DNA from: an archaeon
GTDB taxonomy: Archaea; Methanobacteriota_B; Thermococci; Methanofastidiosales; NM3
Direction of reading: 5' to 3'
NCBI GenBank assembly: GCA_004212155.1
Contig: RXIG01000004.1
Location: 1-64,000 of the forward strand
DNA length: 64,000 nt
The notes under the pieces are model-generated. The model did not search any database and had not been told where the DNA came from. It worked only from the letters and a program-made list of their open reading frames with translations. The position numbers and the translations under genes are program-made. Of the stretch, positions 57,042 through 64,000 are shown piece by piece; the stretch's first letter is position 1, and each line of letters opens with the position of its first letter.

Positions 57042-58232
57042 CTACCTTTTCGAATCCATATACCGCTCGACCTTTGAGAGTGCCTTATCGATGATCTCGA
57101 CTGGCGGGAGGAAAACGCCCCTGAAGTGCATCCTGCCCTGCGTGGGCGAGAATCCCGAACCATGGACAAAGAGCACATGACAGTCGTGGAGCACGTCAAG
57201 CACGAACTGTTTGTCATCGTTCCATGCGGGATGCGTGATCTTGGGAAAGATGTAAAACGCTCCCGATGGCCTCTGACATTCGATGCCCTCGATCTCGTTT
57301 AATCGCTTGTGCATGAAGTCCCGTCGCTTTCGAAGCGTTGCTATCATACCACTAACATGGTCTTGGGGGCCTCGCAACGCTGCGATGCATGCTTGTTGGC
57401 AGGGCGCGTTGGGACACAATCTCAACCGGGCATATTTCTTTACAGCTTCCTCGATCTCAGGCATCGCCTCTTCTGGATCGTGGAAGGCCATGTAGCCTAC
57501 CCTCCATCCGGGAACAAGATAGACCTTGGAGAATCCGTTGAGGAGTACGACGGGGACATCACTGCTGTAGCGCATTGGTGAGACGTGTTCACCCTCGTAG
57601 ATGATCCTGTCATATATCTCATCCGATATGAGGAAGAGGTCATGCTCGCCGCAAAGGTCGACGACCTCCTTGACCCGTTTCTTGGGCAGCAAGGCACCGG
57701 TGGGGTTGTTGGGATTGATGATGGTGATCGCCTTCGTACGTTCGGTGATCTTTGAGCGCATGTCATCGATGTCAAATGCCCATTCCTCGTCTTCGACCGT
57801 ATCGTATGTAATGGGCGTGGCGTCAAAATAGCGTGTAAGCGCCGTGTAGGGCGGATAGGCCGGACCTGGCACGAGAAGGTCGTCACCGGGATCGAGCGAC
57901 GCGCCGACGAGCATGTGAATGGCTTCTGAGACCCCGTTTGTAACGAGTATGTCATCGACGGTGGCCTCAAGTCCCTTGGTCGACTCATACGACAGTATCT
58001 CCTTTCGAAGCTCAATGTTCCCTTCCGAGGGTGTGTAGCCCATGTCGGTGACCTCGTTTGCCCTGCACAGTGCATCGAGCATGTGTTGCGGGGTGGAAAA
58101 ATCGTATTTGTTGGGGTCGCCGATGTTGAAGTTGGTGATGTCTGCGCCCGATGCAACTAGTTTCGCTGCCGGCACGACGACATCGCGTATGGCATATTCT
58201 ACCGTGTCTGAACGTTTCGAGGGATGCATCAT
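57042..58232 (-). CDS. Class I PLP aminotransferase (alanine aminotransferase-like)
   Basis: EYAIRD, NIGDP, INPNNPTG, SDEIYD, NGFSK..VPGWRVG. Confidence 0.9.
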   Translation of the reverse strand: MMHPSKRSDTVEYAIRDVVVPAAKLVASGADITNFNIGDPNKYDFSTPQHMLDALCRANEVTDMGYTPSEGNIELRKEILSYESTKGLEATVDDILVTNGVSEAIHMLVGASLDPGDDLLVPGPAYPPYTALTRYFDATPITYDTVEDEEWAFDIDDMRSKITERTKAITIINPNNPTGALLPKKRVKEVVDLCGEHDLFLISDEIYDRIIYEGEHVSPMRYSSDVPVVLLNGFSKVYLVPGWRVGYMAFHDPEEAMPEIEEAVKKYARLRLCPNAPCQQACIAALRGPQDHVSGMIATLRKRRDFMHKRLNEIEGIECQRPSGAFYIFPKITHPAWNDDKQFVLDVLHDCHVLFVHGSGFSPTQGRMHFRGVFLPPVEIIDKALSKVERYMDSKR

Positions 58233-58648
58233 CCTTCCTCCTCTATCCTGTGCAGACGCTGCAGCACGTCCTTTGTCCATGATGATGCATAGTTGAGTCG
58301 TCTTTCGAGCCGTTTGATGGCAATATCCATTCCCGAGGTGGCTATACGTTCTCTTAGCCATGCATCGTCCTGGTCTGGCCCAAGGAATATGATGTCGGGC
58401 TTGATCTCCTCTACCGATTTGAACATGTCTCCGGTATCGCCCAACACTGCCTTCTCGACCATCCGCAGACTGCCTACGATGAGCTTTCGCTCCTCTTCGT
58501 CGAACACGGTCCTTTTTCCCTTGATCCTGTGGACCGTTGTGTCCCTGGCAATCACGACGTAGACGTCGCCATATCCCCGCGCCTCGTTGAGAAGATAGAT
58601 ATGGCCGGGATGGATGATGTCGAAGGTCCCTGCAACCAACACTCTCAT
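58229..58648 (-). CDS. ribL: FAD synthetase (archaeal cytidylyltransferase family)
   Basis: AGTFDIIHPGH, IARD, LGPDQ. Confidence 0.8.
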   Translation of the reverse strand: MRVLVAGTFDIIHPGHIYLLNEARGYGDVYVVIARDTTVHRIKGKRTVFDEEERKLIVGSLRMVEKAVLGDTGDMFKSVEEIKPDIIFLGPDQDDAWLRERIATSGMDIAIKRLERRLNYASSWTKDVLQRLHRIEEEG

Positions 58649-58711
58649 TTTGTTCACCGTTGTATACCGGAGTGGAAATGATTTTATAAATTTGTTTGCT
58701 AATACTCACAT

Positions 58712-59539
58712 ATGGACCCCACTTCCGCCACAAGGCCCACCATTGACGGCAAGGAGTACCACATCGACCTTGCTCGCGGCGATATGCCACCAATGGTGCT
58801 CATTCCTGGTGACCCCGACCGGGTGGAGCTCATGGCATCGCTTCTTGACGACCATGAGACAATGGCATCGCATCGCGAGTACCGTTCCGCAAGGGGAACG
58901 TTTTCCGGCACCCCTGTTGGCATTTGTTCGACAGGCATCGGCGGCCCTTCCGCTGCCATAGCAGTAGAGGAACTAGCAAACATTGGTGTCCATACGTTTA
59001 TCAGGGTAGGCAGCACGGGTGTACTCGCAGACGACGTTGCGTGCGGTGACGTGGTCATATCCACCGCAGCCGTACGCCTCGAGGGCACCTCGAAGCAGTA
59101 CGTCATGCGCGATTATCCGGCTTGTCCCCACTATGAGGTGACCCTTTCCCTCATCGAGGCATGCGAGCGACTGGACATACCATACCACCTGGGCATCACC
59201 GCATCAACCGATTCGTTCTACGTCGGACAGGGCCGGCCGGGACATGACGGTTACATGCCCTTGCGGGGCAGGAACCTCCTCGAGGAGCTGGAGTCCGCAA
59301 ACGTGCTCAATCTCGAGATGGAGGCTGCGACGGTCTTTACGCTCGGTTCGCTCTATGGCCTGCGCACTGGCTGCGTGTGTACCGTCTTTGCAAACAGGAA
59401 GACAAACGAGTTTCTCAAGACCGGAGAGGACAATGCGGCGCTCGTTGCATGCACGGCCCTCTCCGTGCTGTCCGAGTGGGACGAGCTGAAAAAGACGCAT
59501 GAAAAGCGCTACTTCTCTCCCGGGCTCTTGAGGGGGTGA
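58712..59539 (+). CDS. udp: Uridine phosphorylase
   Basis: PGDPDRV, STGIGGPS, RLEGTS, SFYVGQ, EME. Confidence 0.92.
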   Translation: MDPTSATRPTIDGKEYHIDLARGDMPPMVLIPGDPDRVELMASLLDDHETMASHREYRSARGTFSGTPVGICSTGIGGPSAAIAVEELANIGVHTFIRVGSTGVLADDVACGDVVISTAAVRLEGTSKQYVMRDYPACPHYEVTLSLIEACERLDIPYHLGITASTDSFYVGQGRPGHDGYMPLRGRNLLEELESANVLNLEMEAATVFTLGSLYGLRTGCVCTVFANRKTNEFLKTGEDNAALVACTALSVLSEWDELKKTHEKRYFSPGLLRG

Positions 59540-59543
59540 GTCT

Positions 59544-60887
59544 TTGGAACAAAGGCTCTTTGGCACCGCAGGCATACGTGGCGACGTCATGACGAAGGTG
59601 ACACCATCGTTTTGCTTGGAGTTTGGAAAGGTGCTTGCACGTCATTTCGGTTCCAAGGGATACGCTCGTATCGTCATCGGCACGGATGCGCGAAGGTCGG
59701 GTCCCGCACTGTCGCATGCGCTCATGACCGGGGTGCTTTCCTGCGGGATGGATGTCGTCCGAATAGGACAGGTCCCCACGCCAGCGCTCGCATATGCGAC
59801 GCATTCGTTTGGACTCCCCGGCGTCATGGTCACCGCATCGCACAATCCTCCTACAGACAATGGATTGAAGTGCTTCGAGTGCGGGTATGAGATCGGTCGC
59901 GAGGATGAGATCCGGCTCGAAGAGCTCTTTTTCTGTAATGCGCATTCCTCCAGTTTCGCCCCTCATGGGGCAGTGATACAAAGGGACGTAATGCCCGCAT
60001 ACGCCCATGCGCTGCGCACGTACGTCTGTGGTCTCTTTCCCGATATCAGCCTTCACGGCATGACCGTCCTTCTCGATGGGGGAAACGGGGTGGGCGTACG
60101 GGTGCTTCAAAACGTCCTCTTCGAATGCGGTGCCACCGTGATTTCATGCAACTCGCATACGAGCGGTGACTTTCCGGGGCGCGCCTCTGAGCCCAGCCCA
60201 GACAATCTCTCGGAGCTGTTGCATTTCGCACGCCATATCGGTCCGGACCTTATCATAGCGCAGGACGGTGATGCAGACAGGATAGCGGCATATGCCCATA
60301 ACGGCACACCATTTCCGGAGGATTCGATCATCGCACTATTTGCCGACTTCTACTCGTCGCCTGGCGATACGGTCGTGCTATCGATAGACACGTCGCTTCG
60401 CACCGACATCGTGGTGCGCCGCAAGGATGTGAGCGTTTTCCGTGTTCCCCTTGGATACCTGCATGACGGCATGAAAATGCATAACCCCGCATTTGCCGCA
60501 GAACCTTGGAAGCATATCCATGTTCCCTTCGGCCCATGGATAGACGGCATCGTATCGGCGCTCCTTCTTTCGTTTCTCCTCGCGACGGACCCGTATGAAT
60601 CATTATTTTCATCGATTCCCTCATATTCTTTTGAGAAACGAAATGTTAATATGACATCCCCGGGACAGGTAAATGAACTCATCGAACGCCTGCGAAGAGA
60701 GCTTGGCACCCGTGACGACGTCAAGACCATCGATGAGACGTCGGGCATACGTGTCAACTTCCTCGATGATTCCTGGATCCTCGTACGACCCTCGGGCACC
60801 GAGCCAAAGGTGCGCTGCATCGTGGAAGGCACAACGGATGCCCGGTTCAACGAGTTGAGCGAGATCATTGCACGGTTGGTGGATTGA
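59544..60887 (+). CDS. Archaeal phosphopentomutase (phosphohexomutase fold)
   Basis: TASHNP, QDGDADR; AAEPWK..H..FGPWID, which I recall from the Thermococcus phosphopentomutase; flanked by nucleoside phosphorylases. Confidence 0.8.
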   Translation: MEQRLFGTAGIRGDVMTKVTPSFCLEFGKVLARHFGSKGYARIVIGTDARRSGPALSHALMTGVLSCGMDVVRIGQVPTPALAYATHSFGLPGVMVTASHNPPTDNGLKCFECGYEIGREDEIRLEELFFCNAHSSSFAPHGAVIQRDVMPAYAHALRTYVCGLFPDISLHGMTVLLDGGNGVGVRVLQNVLFECGATVISCNSHTSGDFPGRASEPSPDNLSELLHFARHIGPDLIIAQDGDADRIAAYAHNGTPFPEDSIIALFADFYSSPGDTVVLSIDTSLRTDIVVRRKDVSVFRVPLGYLHDGMKMHNPAFAAEPWKHIHVPFGPWIDGIVSALLLSFLLATDPYESLFSSIPSYSFEKRNVNMTSPGQVNELIERLRRELGTRDDVKTIDETSGIRVNFLDDSWILVRPSGTEPKVRCIVEGTTDARFNELSEIIARLVD

Positions 60888-61681
60888 TGTATGCGATCAT
60901 AGGCGGCTCGGGCGTATACGACCCCGATATGCTTTCACAACAGGAAGAACGTATAGTAGAGACCCCTTTTGGTGCTGTCGAGGTCACTGTCGGTACTTTT
61001 AAGGGCGCCGAGGTGGCATTTCTCCCCCGTCATGGGGGAGGGCATTCGCAGCCGCCCCACCTTATCAACTACCGTGCAAACATGTGGGCGTTGCACGAAC
61101 TCGGTGTCGAACGCATCGTATCGACCTCGGCCGTCGGTTCACTCAACGAGGACGTGGCACCTGGCAGCTATGTCGTCCTGTCCGACTTTATCGACTTCAC
61201 GAAGCGAAGGCCAACGACGTTCTACGAAGGACCGTCGTCGCTCGTGCCGGAAAAGGATGTCGTCCACATCGATGTCACTCGCCCCTACTGTCCTCAGCTA
61301 CGAAGCATTGCATACGACTCCGGGATCAAATGTGGGATGCAGATGATCGATGGCGGCACATATGTATGTACCGAGGGGCCACGATTCGAGACGGCCGCGG
61401 AGATACGGATGTATTCCATGCTTGGCGGAGACGTCATCGGCATGACGAACGTCCCCGAGGTCGTGCTGGCCCGAGAGCTTGAAATATGCTATGCATCGAT
61501 TGCCATGGTGACCAACTTTGCAGCAGGCATATCTGGCGAGAAGCTCACGCATGCTGAGGTCTTGGACATCATGGGAAAAAACAAGAAAAATATTCAACGT
61601 CTTTTTAAGGTAATAATACCTTCTATACCTAAATCACGCGATTGCGAATGTGCGTCACTTCTCGAAGGGGCAAAGGGATAA
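60884..61681 (+). CDS. Purine nucleoside / methylthioinosine phosphorylase (MTAP family)
   Basis: IIGGSG, RHG, EGPRFET, GMT; VTNFAAG (Asn) suggests 6-oxopurine specificity. Confidence 0.88.
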   Translation: MMYAIIGGSGVYDPDMLSQQEERIVETPFGAVEVTVGTFKGAEVAFLPRHGGGHSQPPHLINYRANMWALHELGVERIVSTSAVGSLNEDVAPGSYVVLSDFIDFTKRRPTTFYEGPSSLVPEKDVVHIDVTRPYCPQLRSIAYDSGIKCGMQMIDGGTYVCTEGPRFETAAEIRMYSMLGGDVIGMTNVPEVVLARELEICYASIAMVTNFAAGISGEKLTHAEVLDIMGKNKKNIQRLFKVIIPSIPKSRDCECASLLEGAKG

Positions 61682-61757
61682 CGTTTATAATTATTCTCTT
61701 TGATAATTATTATTTCTTCTCGGTAATATTTTTATAATCTTATACGTATATAAGGAT

Positions 61758-62915
61758 ATGTATTCTTCTAAGAACCACCCAAAAACCCATTCTTTCGACC
61801 TTGTCGGAGAATACAAAAACACCATAAAGACCATAGAAGAATTGGAACAATTCATCCCCCTTACTGCCGAGGAAAGGGAGACGTTGCAGAAAGTGGTGGA
61901 TATCCATCCGATGGCCATCACCCCCTATTATTTATCCCTTATCGACCCCGAGGATCCCGAGGACCCCATACGAAAGCTTGTCGTGCCCTCTGCAGATGAG
62001 CTGTCAAATCTTGGTTCATACGACCCGAGCGGGGAGAGCGAGAACACGAAGCAAAGTGGCCTGCAGCACAAATATGAACAGACCGCGCTCATCCTGACGA
62101 CGAAACAGTGCATGGCATATTGCCGATTTTGCTTCAGGAAACGCTTCGTGGGCGTTGCAGACAACGAGATCCTACGCGACATAAAGGCTGCCCGCAACTA
62201 TGTGCAAAAACACACAGAGATCACGAACGTACTGCTATCGGGGGGAGACCCCCTCTCAATGGGCAACGAATGGGTCGAGCGATACCTCGAAGCGTTCATG
62301 TCGATAGACCATGTGGATTACGTACGCATCGGCACGCGGGTGCCCGTGGTGCTTCCACAACGCATTAGCGAAGATGGTGAGCTTCAGGAGCTATTCTCGC
62401 GATACTCAACGCCGGACAAACGCCTTCACATCGTGACCCACTTCAACCATCCTAAAGAGATAACACCCGAATCCATCCGGGCCATCGACACGCTCTATGC
62501 ATGCGGCGTTCCCGTTCACAATCAGACCGTTCTTTTGAAGGGCATAAATGACAATCCCGACGTGCTTGCCGATCTCTTCAACTCACTCGTTAGCATCGGT
62601 GTCAATCCGTACTACCTGTTCCAGTGCCGACCAGTCCGTCGCGTGCTGCACTTCCAGCTTACATTGGAAGAAGGACTTACCATACTCGAGGAGGCGCACA
62701 AGAAGATGAGTGGTCTTGCAAAGCGCTTCAAGTACGCGATGTCACACCGGTCGGGCAAGGTGGAGATCCTCGGATCCGACGATGATCACATCTATTTCAA
62801 ATATCACCAGGCTAAAAACCCCGCACACAGCGGCAAGTTCTTCAAGGTGGACCGCATGCCCGAGGCGTGCTGGCTCGATGATTTCCCCGGGTGGAAACAT
62901 GGCAACATTGGATGA
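61758..62915 (+). CDS. KamA-family radical SAM aminomutase
   Basis: ITPYY, CMAYCRFCFRKR, LLSGGDPL, RIGTR, HFNHP, NQTVLL, PYYLFQC. Confidence 0.9.
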   Translation: MYSSKNHPKTHSFDLVGEYKNTIKTIEELEQFIPLTAEERETLQKVVDIHPMAITPYYLSLIDPEDPEDPIRKLVVPSADELSNLGSYDPSGESENTKQSGLQHKYEQTALILTTKQCMAYCRFCFRKRFVGVADNEILRDIKAARNYVQKHTEITNVLLSGGDPLSMGNEWVERYLEAFMSIDHVDYVRIGTRVPVVLPQRISEDGELQELFSRYSTPDKRLHIVTHFNHPKEITPESIRAIDTLYACGVPVHNQTVLLKGINDNPDVLADLFNSLVSIGVNPYYLFQCRPVRRVLHFQLTLEEGLTILEEAHKKMSGLAKRFKYAMSHRSGKVEILGSDDDHIYFKYHQAKNPAHSGKFFKVDRMPEACWLDDFPGWKHGNIG

Positions 62916-63645
62916 GGAAATCAGGGAGCTGCTTCCCCAAAGGCCGCTAACCTTTTACAAGGACCTCAAGCAGTATGAGCCCTATCTGTCAAGCGGCAAC
63001 AGGATGATCATGAACAGGATGGGCTACAATGACCATGGCATCACGCACGCAAAGATCGTGACGCGCAACGCCCTGCGCATCTTTGAGATACTCAAACACG
63101 CAGTGCCGCTCTCAGTGGTAAAGGATCTTGACTTGGGCGAAGAAGACAGCATGATCGTCATCATCGCATCTTCGTTCCTGCACGACATCGGCAACATGGT
63201 CCACAGGGACTATCATAACGTGCACAGTGTTTCGCTTGCCATCCCCCTACTCCATGAACTCCTGCCCAAGTACTATGAAAATCACGTACCTATCATGTCC
63301 GAGGTCCTCCATGCGATATTCGCCCATGACGAGACCGCGCGGTGCCTCACCACCGAGGCGGGCATCGTGTCGCTGGCCGACGGCACGGACATGGAGGAAG
63401 GGCGTGGACGCATTCCTTATGAACGCGGGCGCATCGACATCCATTCCGCATCGGCGATGGCGATCAATAATGTTCATATATGCAAGGGAGAAAAACCGTT
63501 ACGCATCGAGGTGACGCTGACCGACAATGCAGGTATATTCCAGGTACAGGAAATCCTGGGAAAAAAGTTGCTCACAACGGGATTGCGAGATTTCGTAGAG
63601 ATCTATTTGAAAAAAGATGGAAAAAATAAAAAGATGGATGTGTGA
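62899..63645 (+). CDS. HD-domain phosphohydrolase (COG3294-like)
   Basis: YNDHGITH, LHDIG, ADGTDM.GR.R, IHSASA. Confidence 0.88.
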   Translation: MATLDEEIRELLPQRPLTFYKDLKQYEPYLSSGNRMIMNRMGYNDHGITHAKIVTRNALRIFEILKHAVPLSVVKDLDLGEEDSMIVIIASSFLHDIGNMVHRDYHNVHSVSLAIPLLHELLPKYYENHVPIMSEVLHAIFAHDETARCLTTEAGIVSLADGTDMEEGRGRIPYERGRIDIHSASAMAINNVHICKGEKPLRIEVTLTDNAGIFQVQEILGKKLLTTGLRDFVEIYLKKDGKNKKMDV

Positions 63646-63849
63646 TCAGAGACGCTTGATAGCCAATTCTATATCTTCTGATTTGACCGTCTTCCTGCCG
63701 GCATGTTCTGCAAGCCTCATGGCCTCCTGGGCGATCTCAACCCCCCAATCCTCCAAGAACTCAGAGAGCTCCTTTGCGGCCCCCTTGCTAACGCGGTATG
63801 CTCCGGCTTTTCTGATTATCTTCTCGATTGTGGCTATAGGTAGTGCCAT
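63646..63849 (-). CDS. Archaeal histone (HMf family)
   Basis: LPIATIEKIIRKAGAYRVS...HAGRKTVKSEDI. Confidence 0.96.
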   Translation of the reverse strand: MALPIATIEKIIRKAGAYRVSKGAAKELSEFLEDWGVEIAQEAMRLAEHAGRKTVKSEDIELAIKRL

Positions 63850-64000
63850 AATATCCCTCCTTTTCTCATAATCAATGATATGAGCTAATAGCTTTTAAAT
63901 TTAATTATAATTAAAAATATATGTTATATAAAGCTTTCGGTAAATATTATTTATCATTTCAAAGAAAGAAACTATTAATTTAAAATTATTGTTCAAATAT

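Noticed and set aside
1-64000. CRISPR array, rRNA, transposase or restriction-modification genes
   Set aside because: I saw no regularly spaced repeats or matching motifs by eye; short degenerate elements could have been missed.

Overview
Archaeal chromosome segment. It encodes a histone, LonB, TrmY, Cgi121, cdrS-ftsZ2, a Phr-like regulator, SGCIGG lipoproteins and Thermococcales-like PurT and phosphopentomutase. These point to a Thermococci-related lineage such as Methanofastidiosa or Theionarchaea; this placement is inference from recalled similarity, not a search. Bases 1-1325 are the right end of an element integrated in tRNA-Asn(GUU), with the att half-tRNA at 1278-1325. The element carries tail-like ORFs and its own atypical tRNA-Thr (AGU anticodon, C33, A15-U48). 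Next come tRNA-Ile2(CAU) and a mosaic de novo purine cluster (purC-S-L-Q-F-F'-D-T-E-M, divergent from two purP genes). An ACT regulator is divergent from glnA, which has a long, structured, switch-like leader. The remainder is housekeeping genes (alaS, nadE, lonB, glmM/glmU, metG, serS, ftsZ2), a surface-protein/ABC-importer region, nucleoside salvage genes, a KamA-family radical SAM gene and a histone. Best leads: (1) the element-borne A34/C33 tRNA-Thr; (2) a candidate translational RNA switch upstream of glnA; (3) three conserved genes that appear to start at ATC/ATT; (4) a WxL/DUF916-like surface protein pair; (5) two orphan structured intergenic elements. All family calls come from recognising motifs by eye; no searches or folding programs were run.
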